64,000 bases of DNA from an uncultured virus (IMG/VR IMGVR_UViG_3300042945_003839) (taxonomy: Duplodnaviria > Heunggongvirae > Uroviricota > Caudoviricetes): the IMG/VR virus record IMGVR_UViG_3300042945_003839; one strand, written 5' to 3'. The translations under genes and the position numbers were made by a program. Of this stretch, positions 10,728 to 20,614 are shown one piece after another; position 1 is the first letter of the stretch; the number at the start of each line of letters is the position of its first letter. A model generated the notes under the pieces. It worked only from the letters and a program-made list of their open reading frames with translations. It did not search any database and was not told the origin of the DNA.

Positions 10728-11873
10728 TTATGTTATTGATTCTATCCCTATACACCTTCCTGCAGAATCTGCTTGTATTATGTTATTTAATAAATATTCT
10801 AAATCCTTCCCTTCTTTTTTGTCATAATTATCGTAAATATCGTATTTTCTAGACAAATTAGAGCTATTAGAAAGATACTCAACTAATTGCATATGCAAAT
10901 CTAAATGATCTGGAACATACATTTTGATGCCAGAGGAACTAAAAAAAACAGAAGATTTTATCAATCTAATATTACTAAAATAACGAGACAACTCTCTGTG
11001 TCTTGGAGTGTCTATAAGAAAACAAAACGCACCACTTGCGTGAGCAGTTTTTGCAGTACTACAGGACCCTTGACTCATACTCATGTCAATAAAAATTTTA
11101 CAATTTTCAATGAAATGATCCCATTGCTCATATGCGGGTTTTTCAAATAGGCTAGCAAAATCAGACGGATATATTTCTTGATTATTAAAATAGCAGTTCT
11201 TCATTGCTTCAAGATCATAATCTCCATATTCATAGTAATTTGTTAAACACTTGAAAGATGCGCTTAACCCAGCGACAGATTCAAAAATAGACTTAAAATT
11301 ATACGACTCTGTATTCCATCCACCACATAAAATATCAACAGTCTTTTCAGAATTTGAACTGGTTACTTTACATGGTTTTTCTAAAACGCACAGTTTATCT
11401 TTTAAAACTCCAAGCGTTGATACTATATTCTCTAATTGGGATTCAGAAAAGCTATATATAAAATCTATATTATTAAAAGTTTCAGCGTATCGTACATCGT
11501 GAACATGATTAGCCATGGTAAGCACATGATGCCAGGCAATCTCTCTACCAGAAGTTTCTTTAGCTGCTCTAATAAAATCTGCTTCTATATAACTACCAAA
11601 ACTAACTATGCAATCGATTTCCCATTCCATGATTGCATCATAAGCAGCAATTACTGCTGCATTTTCTTGAGAATTGTCTATCCATTTTGCATCTACTGAT
11701 CCAGAGCCATAATGAAACTCATTAGTGTTTTCTAGAGGCAACTTAGAAAAATCGTGATGATAGAAACAACCAAAAACTTGACGATCTTTACTAGCAAGTT
11801 TAATAAAATCGTTTACCATCAATCCTGGATCGTGCTTCATGTAAGGAGAGGGGCCAATAATTAATATTTTCAT
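10728..11873 (-). CDS. Divergent GT-B fold glycosyltransferase-like protein
   Basis: Likely start MKILIIGPSPY (ATG 11873, just after the upstream stop); GT4-like N-terminal strand; degenerate nucleotide-sugar motif (IFIDMSMSQGSCSTAKTAHASG). Confidence 0.55.
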   Translation of the reverse strand: MKILIIGPSPYMKHDPGLMVNDFIKLASKDRQVFGCFYHHDFSKLPLENTNEFHYGSGSVDAKWIDNSQENAAVIAAYDAIMEWEIDCIVSFGSYIEADFIRAAKETSGREIAWHHVLTMANHVHDVRYAETFNNIDFIYSFSESQLENIVSTLGVLKDKLCVLEKPCKVTSSNSEKTVDILCGGWNTESYNFKSIFESVAGLSASFKCLTNYYEYGDYDLEAMKNCYFNNQEIYPSDFASLFEKPAYEQWDHFIENCKIFIDMSMSQGSCSTAKTAHASGAFCFLIDTPRHRELSRYFSNIRLIKSSVFFSSSGIKMYVPDHLDLHMQLVEYLSNSSNLSRKYDIYDNYDKKEGKDLEYLLNNIIQADSAGRCIGIESIT

Positions 11874-11874
11874 A

Positions 11875-12777
11875 TTAATTTCTCGGAGTATCCCACCATC
11901 CAATTGAGCCGTGTTGCTGAATTTCTTCTCCACTCCAACTAATCTTGCTAGCCTTTAATAATGTGTCTTTGTGTACAAATCCATAATTAATACTTTTTGG
12001 CCAACATTTATACAAAAATCTTGTTACAATAATTGCTCTTGGATCGTTCACCATTGGATATGAGAAGTATGGACCCTGAACTAATTCTATAGTTGTTTCA
12101 TCTATAATGCTTTTGATAATGACTTGCTCTGCAGCAAAGTTACTTTCTAAAAGTATTAACTGCTCAGCAACCATACCATCTGTGCTTTCTACCTTTAAAT
12201 ATAAATCATTTGGTTCTGCTGCAGCTGTAAGACTAGTGTGAGATCTCTCACCAACTAAAGGAAACATATTTCTTTTTAAACCAAATTCAATTAATTTTGT
12301 CAGCCTCATTAAAGCGCGATATCCATCTTCTAAAGTGCTGTCTTCTATGTAGCAATTTATGCTAACATCATAAGTTTCCGTAGTGCTTTCTAAAGTTGTC
12401 CAGTTTGAATTTTGATTCTCACCAACGACTGTGATAGCAGGAAATCTTGGTATAGTATTAGGATCTCCTAGATATACACCTTGCACAAATCTGCCAGCTA
12501 CTGATTTTTTAAGCTTCGCACTATTTGCAACGTTCCAATTAAAACGCACAGGAGTATTAAGTTCCACAGTAGTCTCATCAGGAATGCTCTTCACATATAA
12601 TGGATGCTCAAATTCATCTCTATTGTCAACAATTAAAACTTCATCACCCTCTCTAAATCTAAGAGAATTATTAACTTTTAATAGAACATCATTAACGATG
12701 ACATCTTCGGTAATCACTGATTCTGTGTTTACCCATCTGTTGATAATTTTTCTTAAACTGTCTAATACTTCTTCCAT
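11875..12777 (-). CDS. Tail terminator/completion-like neck protein with two inserted beta-barrel domains
   Basis: VYLGDP..IPRFPAITV and YDVSINCYI motifs typical of tail-completion proteins; two internal repeats ending IPDETTVEL and IIDETTIEL. Confidence 0.55.
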   Translation of the reverse strand: MEEVLDSLRKIINRWVNTESVITEDVIVNDVLLKVNNSLRFREGDEVLIVDNRDEFEHPLYVKSIPDETTVELNTPVRFNWNVANSAKLKKSVAGRFVQGVYLGDPNTIPRFPAITVVGENQNSNWTTLESTTETYDVSINCYIEDSTLEDGYRALMRLTKLIEFGLKRNMFPLVGERSHTSLTAAAEPNDLYLKVESTDGMVAEQLILLESNFAAEQVIIKSIIDETTIELVQGPYFSYPMVNDPRAIIVTRFLYKCWPKSINYGFVHKDTLLKASKISWSGEEIQQHGSIGWWDTPRN

Positions 12778-12779
12778 AA

Positions 12780-13028
12780 TCAGTACTTGCTAAAAATTTT
12801 TGACAACTCTTTTTCTACTGCATCCATAACTATAGCACTCACCTTTTCAGTCAAAGCAGCTTCGTTCATTTCTATTTTAGAATCATCTACAAATGGCTTG
12901 GACTTAGCGGCTTCCTCTCTACTTGAGAATACTGGAGGCGACATTGATGTAGACCCAGATTGCGCAGAAATCTTGCTAAGCTGGTTTTGCAATGCCATAA
13001 GCTGAGATTTTAGATTTTCATTACTCAT
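12780..13028 (-). CDS. Hypothetical protein
   Basis: 82-aa ORF translationally coupled to its neighbours. Confidence 0.55.
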   Translation of the reverse strand: MSNENLKSQLMALQNQLSKISAQSGSTSMSPPVFSSREEAAKSKPFVDDSKIEMNEAALTEKVSAIVMDAVEKELSKIFSKY

Positions 13029-13753
13029 TATAAGTCTCCAATGTCTCTTGATCCATCACTCTCAATATTTCTCAATCCATATCTATCCTTAAGGTGAGAA
13101 TTGACAAATCTGTCGCCTATTCTATGCTGACCATGCAGAACGGTCCTTCCATTCATTATATTATTTAAATCAATTTTGACTTGATTTCTTAATAGTTTTC
13201 CAAATTCTGAATTTTGAACAGTTGACTGTGAAGAAAAATATCGATCATAAATACTCGCTGCAGCCAGACGTGCACTAGTATTTGGAATGGGATCAGGAAA
13301 TCTTACGCGCAAGACTCTTGTAATATCTGCAGAAAACATACCAGTAATATTGTCAGTAAATTTCAGTATGTTGTCACTAGAAATTTCAGATACCGTTCTT
13401 TTTTCATCATAAGTACCATCAGTAATAACTATTACATCTCCAGGCACAAAAACATTTGCTTGTGGAGAAACAAGTATAACCTCTGAACCATATACATCTA
13501 TATCAACGGCCAATTTGCATTCAATATCAGCTATTTCTTTAAGTGGCGTCTTGTAAAGAACACTAAGAACTCCGTTAATGAATGTATCAGCAATATTAAT
13601 ATGCTGATTCATAATATCATCACTTATTAAATTCTTATCTAAAGTGGCACCAAAATTCATAAGCTGACCCTTACCAGTTAAAGTAGGCTGGGTAGCTGAA
13701 GTAAGAGACTGAGTCAATACTCTTTGTACTAATTGAGGTGTGGCGTATCCCAT
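13028..13753 (-). CDS. Head-tail adaptor (Mu gp36/DUF1320-like)
   Basis: MGYAT start, I..AD..ING.L...Y.TPL and P.PI...SARLAA..IY motifs, with a beta-barrel insertion. Confidence 0.65.
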   Translation of the reverse strand: MGYATPQLVQRVLTQSLTSATQPTLTGKGQLMNFGATLDKNLISDDIMNQHINIADTFINGVLSVLYKTPLKEIADIECKLAVDIDVYGSEVILVSPQANVFVPGDVIVITDGTYDEKRTVSEISSDNILKFTDNITGMFSADITRVLRVRFPDPIPNTSARLAAASIYDRYFSSQSTVQNSEFGKLLRNQVKIDLNNIMNGRTVLHGQHRIGDRFVNSHLKDRYGLRNIESDGSRDIGDL

Positions 13754-14808
13754 TAAATGCTATCCTTTGATATTTGACCTTTCTCTAGCTTTCTTCTTAC
13801 TATTTCAGCCTGAGTCAACAGGCCAGCAACAACCGCATTCCTTGGATCTTTACTCTTTCTGACACAATTTACCTTAAAAGGTAGGTCATATGAACGTATA
13901 GCTGATTCTACTTTCTTTTCAAAACCAGATGGCATACTAGTTCCACCAGCCACCACAACATCAAGAGGTTTGCTAAATTCTGCCTTGACTTCCTTGAACT
14001 TCTTGGCAAATAAAGAAAAAACGTGCTTAAGCATTGCATCGTAGTAGGCATCTAAGGCAAATAGCACATCATCATCCATGTCGATTTTATTAAAATCAAG
14101 TCGTCTTTCTTTTGCCTCCATTACTTGAGCGATTGGCACGCCAGTCTGTTCACTGACCATGCGATCTATCCAATCACCAGAACGAGATACACTCATGCCA
14201 AGTATTGGCATGCCCTTAAAAGCAAGCATGCAATTAGCTCGACCTGCGCCAAAGCTCATGCCTATGCCAGAGTATGGGATTTCTGTACCATCGTCTTCTA
14301 TCACACATGGACGCTCGCTTAATACAACAGCGAGAGCTTCCTCAATTACCTTAACGTTCCAGCCCAGTCTGGAAAACATGCTTTTTAATCTAGCAGCATG
14401 GAATGTGCTGTCTCCACTACTGTCAACACAAGGAGAAGAAATGCAGGTAGTAACAATAGATTCTTCATCTGGAGCTTTACCAAGCTGACTTTCAATGATA
14501 GAAGCAAGAACAATATTCTTCTTTTCTTCGTTTTTGTTCAACACTCCGTCTTGTAGAGGACGCCTTATTTCTACCTTCCCAGGAAATAGCTTAGCAACTT
14601 GAACGCTATCTTCTCCTATAACAAAAACACTTTTACCGTCTCTAACCCATTGCCATCCGTTTCTTGAAAGTATTTCTTCCACATCTTCCGACTCTGGTAT
14701 TTCAACAAACGCATTCCTTATCGTAGAAAAAACAGCATCACCTGACTTGCCAGATTTGGCCATTTGACAGAACATAGTACCGACATCGTAACCTGCTGAT
14801 ATTGACAT
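13753..14808 (-). CDS. Actin-like ATPase (volactin-like family)
   Basis: Phosphate-1 GYDVGTM, RNAFVEI, RRPLQDGVL, connect-1 IEEALAVV, phosphate-2 GIGMSFGAG, SRSGDWID, adenosine VVAGGTS, connect-2 DPRNAVVAG. Confidence 0.85.
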   Translation of the reverse strand: MSISAGYDVGTMFCQMAKSGKSGDAVFSTIRNAFVEIPESEDVEEILSRNGWQWVRDGKSVFVIGEDSVQVAKLFPGKVEIRRPLQDGVLNKNEEKKNIVLASIIESQLGKAPDEESIVTTCISSPCVDSSGDSTFHAARLKSMFSRLGWNVKVIEEALAVVLSERPCVIEDDGTEIPYSGIGMSFGAGRANCMLAFKGMPILGMSVSRSGDWIDRMVSEQTGVPIAQVMEAKERRLDFNKIDMDDDVLFALDAYYDAMLKHVFSLFAKKFKEVKAEFSKPLDVVVAGGTSMPSGFEKKVESAIRSYDLPFKVNCVRKSKDPRNAVVAGLLTQAEIVRRKLEKGQISKDSI

Positions 14809-14821
14809 GCGTATCTCCTGT

Positions 14822-15331
14822 TTATAGTAAATCTTCTAACTCATCAAGATTCTTTTTGATATTTAAATTAGAACCATGTACCGGCTTAACATCTACTGTT
14901 TTTTCAGTATTGTTCATTAAACGATCAACTGCTTTTTTATGAATGTGATCAAGAACTTCGTCTGACATTTCAATGCCGTGATCAACATGATCGGCGTTTT
15001 TATCAACAACACCACCTTGAACCACAACTGTAGAAGATGGCATGGACTTAATCGCATCCTGTATAATGCTGGCTATCTCTGATTTTATTTTATTTAAATC
15101 ATCTTTAGTAATTCCAGACTGAGTTTGAGGAACACTAAAATCATGACCCTCCTTGTCTTTGACAACAACCTTTACATAGCCTTTTTTCAGCGCATGCTTT
15201 AAATGAGTACTTGCTTCTATTTCTCTACGGTCACACACAGAATCTAAATCTATTCTTTCTCTTGGAGAAAGCATTACTCTCAAATCTTGCAAACTCAAAT
15301 GTCTCCCAGAAGTATTTACTATTGCATACAT
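14822..15331 (-). CDS. Hypothetical protein with shared ~55-aa N-terminal module (possible actin partner)
   Basis: N-terminus YAIVNTSGRHLSLQDL...STHLKHALKKGYVKVV; acidic amphipathic C-terminus LDELEDLL; directly upstream of the actin gene. Confidence 0.6.
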   Translation of the reverse strand: MYAIVNTSGRHLSLQDLRVMLSPRERIDLDSVCDRREIEASTHLKHALKKGYVKVVVKDKEGHDFSVPQTQSGITKDDLNKIKSEIASIIQDAIKSMPSSTVVVQGGVVDKNADHVDHGIEMSDEVLDHIHKKAVDRLMNNTEKTVDVKPVHGSNLNIKKNLDELEDLL

Positions 15332-15537
15332 TAGCTTAACCTCATTCTAGGAAGTGGTTGTATTTCTTTTAAGGCTTGAAAATCTATGTCATTCATTTTA
15401 TGACATTCACCACAATACCAATATATTTTTCGTTGTAAAAAATTAAATTCAAGCGATATATTTGCGTCAGTTTGTTTACCACATAAAGCACAAACGCAAG
15501 ATATTTTATGATTATTCTGTATATGCTTTTCTTCCAA
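15331..15537 (-). CDS. Small zinc-ribbon protein
   Basis: CALCG ... CGECHKMN pair of CxxC motifs. Confidence 0.6.
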   Translation of the reverse strand: MEEKHIQNNHKISCVCALCGKQTDANISLEFNFLQRKIYWYCGECHKMNDIDFQALKEIQPLPRMRLS

Positions 15538-18103
15538 ATGCTTTAATCCAATCTTTTATTTCATAAATATGATTACCGACATTTGCGTATTTGTAGGAGA
15601 AATGCGAATTTGCAGTTTTTGGTTTTGCCTCTATGGGACACGAAGAAGACAACAAAGAAAAGATTGCTGCAACTTTTTCGTCACCAGACTCTAATCCGTA
15701 TTTACTTAAAATACCCCTCATTTTTGGAAGAATGTCCATGCATTCTTTCTTAGTCATGTTATATGTTAGACCACGATATGCTGTAGCAGCTAAATCTATA
15801 ACTTGAAGATCGTCTAGGTTATTTATATATGAAGTAATTTCAGGAATAATTTTTTCTTTATATTCTATACTATCAATTAAATTAGATATTTCTCCGTCTT
15901 TCCAAAGACTCCCGATTGCACTGGTAAGCCACTTAGAATCAACGTCTACGCTTCCTTCACTTTTAAAACCTGACTGATTTAATCCTATAAATAAATTATC
16001 AAAAACTTTTTGAGCTTCTTTATGAGAAGCAATAAGATCAGATATTGCCTTCCTTTTATCTGGATCGGATTCTGTTTTTAAAGAGACAGATAATTTTTCA
16101 ATTTCAGAAATTAAAGCTGAATTTCCAATTGTATAAAAACATTCTATAGCCTCATCAGTTAAATTAACTTTTTCTTTTAATAATCTAATCTTGTTAATTA
16201 AATGATTTGATATAAGTACATATACACTTTCAAATGCATTATACTGATTGGGAAATGATTTTTTCCAATCTATGATTTTTTCTTGTGCACTTAGAGATTT
16301 GCTACCAGTATTTTTAATACCAACAATTACTTTGTCTATTAACTCTGGATGTTCATAAAAAAAGCCCCTACATATTGAAGCCAACATTGGTATTGCATTT
16401 TGCTGCTGATAATGTTGTATCAGCTCTGGCTTTACGCTATAAAAAGGCTTCTGAAATACTGCCTGAGATAATTTTTTATTTTCTGCTGGCGTATTTAGCT
16501 CGCCATACATCTCAAAAACATCACCAAGAGAATTTAACAAATCATTTTCATTGTCATCTCCCTGCTTGGTTAATGACAACATCTGTTTAGGTGAAATTTT
16601 TATTTCTAATCCATCAAATTCAATTAGAGACAACTCTTTAAATATTCCTAAAAGTCTACCACTAGAAATATCAACAAGTTCTTTTTTGATCTTTTTACCA
16701 TTATCGATAAATTTTGCATTTATATTTACATAACCATTAGAGCCAGAAAATTTTACAATAAAGTGCTTACCATCCTTGCGAGCATTAGATTTAAGCATTT
16801 TGTCAAATGATAAATCTAAAATTGTTATACCTTTATTTTCTCTATACTCTAAAGAATATTTATGCGCATTCGTAAGCGAGTCTACGTATTGATAAACAAA
16901 ATTAGAAATGGCACTTTCTACATCATTTGATAAACTTAAGATAATCTTAAATGATTCAGGATCTCTGCTACTATCCATAACTGACAAAAGACTACTAAAG
17001 TAAGACTTATATGTTTCCAAAAATTCTATTTGCTTGACAAAGGATTTAGTACCATTAGAAAAAACTGACTCGTCTAAAGCATATTGCAAATTTGCTTCCA
17101 TAGCTTGGCGTCTTTGTTCATTGCCAACTAGTTCAGATTGTGCTGAAGAAAAATCTGATTTACCCAATTCTACGATATCTTGTCCTTCTTCGCCTGCACC
17201 CCTGTCGCCTTTAGCCTTACTCATCTCCACGCTGACCAGCCTTGTAACGTGCCTGTAGAGCTTTTCAAATAAAATACACATTGCTTCAGGATCTTGCTGA
17301 GACAATCTATGAGTAAAGTCTTTAATTAATATTTGTCCAAATGTAAAAAAGCTATTTGATTCATCTCGATATGATGTCCAATGGAGGGGGATTCCACCCT
17401 TGTTAGAGCTTAAGGCACCCCAGTTTTGCAAAATATTTTCACGATATTTTAATAAATCAACTCGCTGGACGCTACTTACCCCTTCAGACACATCAGAAAT
17501 GCCATAAGACAGCATTCTGTCATACATAGATTGAGAGATAGACTTGAGTATTTCTGGATGCAAAGCGTAATAAGTAGCAACAATTGGCGGATGATATCCA
17601 AAAAAATCATCCATCTCAAAGACTGGATTAGTATCATTTGCCAATGTGTCAATAGCGTTAGCATAGATACTACCATGACCCTTACGACCAGCATTATATT
17701 GAACCCATCGAAGAGCGCTTGCGTTTGCACAGTTTTTATATGGCTCGGTATTTATGCTCTTGATATCACTAATAATTTTTCCCTTTAATGAACCAGCCAC
17801 CTTGTTCAATTCTCCAAGCAGAACGACGCTCCAATGCTTTTCTCTTAAACCTCTTTCTTGAGCTACTTGTTCTACAGAGCGCTGCTCTGGCACAAGCTCC
17901 TCAGAATATAGATCACTGGTTAAACTGTCAGCAATAGCCTCAGCACGAGGACTTTCTTTTGTTTGTAGCAGCAGAATTATCTCCTGTAAGCGTTTGTCCT
18001 TAGAGGCAGCTTTGACGCCGAGGCGAGCAATTATCTGCCTAGCCTCTGCCTCTAATTCGCTTATACTTTGAGCTAATTTTATTAAATTAAATGGAGTACT
18101 CAT
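15512..18103 (-). CDS. Large hypothetical protein, candidate internal head protein
   Basis: 863 aa helical; begins MSTPFNLIKLAQ and ends with KTAN/KYAN motifs; preceded by an AGG-N17-TCGAA element. Confidence 0.6.
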   Translation of the reverse strand: MSTPFNLIKLAQSISELEAEARQIIARLGVKAASKDKRLQEIILLLQTKESPRAEAIADSLTSDLYSEELVPEQRSVEQVAQERGLREKHWSVVLLGELNKVAGSLKGKIISDIKSINTEPYKNCANASALRWVQYNAGRKGHGSIYANAIDTLANDTNPVFEMDDFFGYHPPIVATYYALHPEILKSISQSMYDRMLSYGISDVSEGVSSVQRVDLLKYRENILQNWGALSSNKGGIPLHWTSYRDESNSFFTFGQILIKDFTHRLSQQDPEAMCILFEKLYRHVTRLVSVEMSKAKGDRGAGEEGQDIVELGKSDFSSAQSELVGNEQRRQAMEANLQYALDESVFSNGTKSFVKQIEFLETYKSYFSSLLSVMDSSRDPESFKIILSLSNDVESAISNFVYQYVDSLTNAHKYSLEYRENKGITILDLSFDKMLKSNARKDGKHFIVKFSGSNGYVNINAKFIDNGKKIKKELVDISSGRLLGIFKELSLIEFDGLEIKISPKQMLSLTKQGDDNENDLLNSLGDVFEMYGELNTPAENKKLSQAVFQKPFYSVKPELIQHYQQQNAIPMLASICRGFFYEHPELIDKVIVGIKNTGSKSLSAQEKIIDWKKSFPNQYNAFESVYVLISNHLINKIRLLKEKVNLTDEAIECFYTIGNSALISEIEKLSVSLKTESDPDKRKAISDLIASHKEAQKVFDNLFIGLNQSGFKSEGSVDVDSKWLTSAIGSLWKDGEISNLIDSIEYKEKIIPEITSYINNLDDLQVIDLAATAYRGLTYNMTKKECMDILPKMRGILSKYGLESGDEKVAAIFSLLSSSCPIEAKPKTANSHFSYKYANVGNHIYEIKDWIKAFGRKAYTE

Positions 18104-18122
18104 ATAAATTACCTAAATTTAT

Positions 18123-18147
18123 TTCGAAAATAATAGCCAATACCCCT
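18123..18147 (-). promoter_or_regulatory. Candidate late promoter AGG-N17-TCGAA
   Basis: Same spacing as elements at 24909-24933, 35595-35619, 41133-41157 and 48067-48091. Confidence 0.45.
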
Positions 18148-18178
18148 GCAGGTTTTTGCGTATAACAGTAAACGACAA

Positions 18179-18883
18179 TTACTTAGATGGTTTATAGTTT
18201 TTGTATTTAGAGTCAATTTGAGACACTAGAGCATGTCTTTGGCAGCTCTCTGGAGGGAACTCAAACATTCCAATGCCTTCTATACCCTTTAACCTATGAA
18301 GCGCATCAGTCAAGCCATTCTTAGAGCTCTTTTCAAGGTCTGTCTGGAACTCGTCACCAGCAATACATATTTTACTGTCTTTACCTAAACGAGTTAATAA
18401 AAGATGCATTTGTTCACAACTACTGTTTTGAGCTTCATCCATAATCACAAAAGACTTCTCAAAAGTCATGCCTCTCATATATGCAAGAGGGAGTATCATG
18501 ACCTTATTGCTAGCAAAGTATCTACCAGCAGTAGCTTTGCCAACAAGTTTTTCTAATATCATCTTAATTGGCATTACAAACGGGTCAAACTTTTCTTCAA
18601 TATTACCTGGTAAAAAACCAAGCTTTTCACCAGCGGTTACGTATGGCCTGGTCACGACAATAGTGTCTATTTCGCCAGCCATTAACATTCTGAGCGCACA
18701 ACCAACTGCCACCGTCGTTTTACCAGTGCCTGCAACACCATAAAGCACGGAAACTGGGTTTGACAAAACAGTATCTACTGCAGATTGCTGAAACGAATCT
18801 CTTGGCTTAAAAGCACTGTACACATAAGTGCCAGTTTTCAGCTCCTGTGCAGCCTTCTTCTTAGCCTTCGTATTCTTGCTCAT
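18179..18883 (-). CDS. phoH: PhoH-family ATPase
   Basis: GVAGTGKT Walker A, TRP, LGFLPG, YMRGMTF, DEAQN, LTRLG, GD..Q.D; likely start MSKNTK at 18883 (AGAGG SD) rather than 19003. Confidence 0.95.
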   Translation of the reverse strand: MSKNTKAKKKAAQELKTGTYVYSAFKPRDSFQQSAVDTVLSNPVSVLYGVAGTGKTTVAVGCALRMLMAGEIDTIVVTRPYVTAGEKLGFLPGNIEEKFDPFVMPIKMILEKLVGKATAGRYFASNKVMILPLAYMRGMTFEKSFVIMDEAQNSSCEQMHLLLTRLGKDSKICIAGDEFQTDLEKSSKNGLTDALHRLKGIEGIGMFEFPPESCQRHALVSQIDSKYKNYKPSK

Positions 18884-18887
18884 AAAT

Positions 18888-19301
18888 TTACCTCTTTTCA
18901 ATAATAATCCAACGCAAATCTTTTGGGTCATGACTATACGATATGTTGCCCAAAATATGTTTTTTACGACTTTCTGATATGTCAGAAAGTTCTTGTTGTA
19001 CAAAATTCCAAAATGTCTGTTTTACTCTAATTTTAAATCCTGAGTTTATTTTTAATTTCATCTGATAAAGATCTTTATTAAACTGTTTTTTAATAGACTC
19101 TATTTTGTGCTCCAGTAAATTCATCTCTACGACTTCAGCCCATCCATCTTCTAAATAGCTACTCTCAAGTAGATAACGTAAATCGTGTCTAAAGCTATCA
19201 AACAGTTTAGTTTTTTGATAAAGACTCAAGGGGCGAGTAAAATGGAAATATTCTCCATAGTCCTTGAATATAATCGGGTCTTTTTTCCCAGTAATGACCA
19301 T
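18888..19301 (-). CDS. Hypothetical protein
   Basis: 137-aa ORF in operon context. Confidence 0.55.
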   Translation of the reverse strand: MVITGKKDPIIFKDYGEYFHFTRPLSLYQKTKLFDSFRHDLRYLLESSYLEDGWAEVVEMNLLEHKIESIKKQFNKDLYQMKLKINSGFKIRVKQTFWNFVQQELSDISESRKKHILGNISYSHDPKDLRWIIIEKR

Positions 19302-19312
19302 AACTATTTTTT

Positions 19313-19594
19313 TTAAATTACAGGTACTCTGTCTTGCAAAACTCTTATTTCACATAAAGATATTATTTTGTGATTTTTTGAGTCAAGCATTCCATCCATA
19401 TAATCTGCAACCATTTTATTTTCTACCGTCAGCCCCTTCCCTTCCAAAAATATACTCTTAACTTCTTGCGACAATCCATTAATGTCTGGATCATCACATT
19501 TAATAATATGATCTTTTATGGCTTTAGTAGGTAACACAAAAAATGTTACATTTTTATCCATTAACGCATTTCTTATATTATCTTTTGTAAACAT
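19313..19594 (-). CDS. Hypothetical protein
   Basis: Likely start MFTKDN (ATG 19594) right after the upstream stop. Confidence 0.5.
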   Translation of the reverse strand: MFTKDNIRNALMDKNVTFFVLPTKAIKDHIIKCDDPDINGLSQEVKSIFLEGKGLTVENKMVADYMDGMLDSKNHKIISLCEIRVLQDRVPVI

Positions 19595-19595
19595 A

Positions 19596-20606
19596 TTAAA
19601 TATTTGAACCTGTGAACATGTATCTAAACCAACGACTTCTGCCTCCAGGCAGCGTGTACTCAGGAACGACAATCATCTTTGTCAATCCAGTGTAAGGTCC
19701 ATTCTTCTTGGTATCAAGCATGGACTTAAGACTTTCTTCGTAATTTTTCTTTAATGTGTCAAGGTTTCCAAACACACTTTGAGCTCTTTCTACAGAACCA
19801 AAGACAAGCTGTGGCTCTTGGAACTGCAAAGACATCATCATTTCCCTAAGAGCGTCAACCACAGCTCCATATATGACCGGAGTGTAAGCTCTTTCTGGCA
19901 TTGAATTTAAAGCGTAATAAGAAACTGCTGGATAGTGATTATATCTATTAAGACCGTTTTGCAAAAATTGATATAATTGACCATCATCAAACCATCTAAA
20001 ATTATAATCACAATTTACTACATCATATGTAGACAAGGGATTGTCAAAAATTACTTCTCCCTTAAAATAATTTATAGTAACGCCAGATTCTACAATTTCT
20101 TGATTTCTGTATACTTTAACGCCAGCACTTTGATTCCATCTGGGAAATGTAAATTTATAATTTGTTTTATTTCTACTTGGCTTAGCCTGTTCAAAATAAA
20201 TAGGAATATTCATAGCAGAACGAATATGAAACTCAAGAGCAATTCTTAGATCATTAACTACGCCCCAATATGCATTTTCAGCAGTTGGTTTTTCATTTAC
20301 GATAACAGATTGAATAGTAATTTTTTCTTCATCATCTAATAAATAAGTCCATGTAACAGTATAGTTGCCAGCAGGGGCATCGCTAGCTATAGACCATTCA
20401 TAAAAATAATATCCGTCTTGCACTGTAGATGCTATTGCCAAATCCACAACAGGATCAGCATATGCGTCGTCTTTAGTAATACTTATCTTTACATCCTCTG
20501 CAGCCTTAGCCTTGCCGTCTATGTCGGTAACTTTCAAGAAAAGACTGTTAATAGTGCCTTGAGAGAAATTTCCAACATTTTCTGCTATTTGTCCGTATGT
20601 AGTCAT
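19596..20606 (-). CDS. Putative neck/head-completion structural protein with N-terminal Ig-like domain
   Basis: Ig-like N-terminus (GYYFYEWSI...GNYTVTWTY), INYFKGEVIFD repeat, helical adaptor-like C-terminus. Confidence 0.5.
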   Translation of the reverse strand: MTTYGQIAENVGNFSQGTINSLFLKVTDIDGKAKAAEDVKISITKDDAYADPVVDLAIASTVQDGYYFYEWSIASDAPAGNYTVTWTYLLDDEEKITIQSVIVNEKPTAENAYWGVVNDLRIALEFHIRSAMNIPIYFEQAKPSRNKTNYKFTFPRWNQSAGVKVYRNQEIVESGVTINYFKGEVIFDNPLSTYDVVNCDYNFRWFDDGQLYQFLQNGLNRYNHYPAVSYYALNSMPERAYTPVIYGAVVDALREMMMSLQFQEPQLVFGSVERAQSVFGNLDTLKKNYEESLKSMLDTKKNGPYTGLTKMIVVPEYTLPGGRSRWFRYMFTGSNI

Positions 20607-20614
20607 ACTAATAT

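Noticed and set aside
13753..14808. Archaeal host suggested by the volactin-like actin
   Set aside because: The class II CCA enzyme, sigma-type promoter candidates and an intrinsic hairpin terminator point to a bacterial host.
15512..18103. Sigma-factor or RNA polymerase-like protein
   Set aside because: Only vague resemblance; no DxDGD or sigma region 2/4 motif found.
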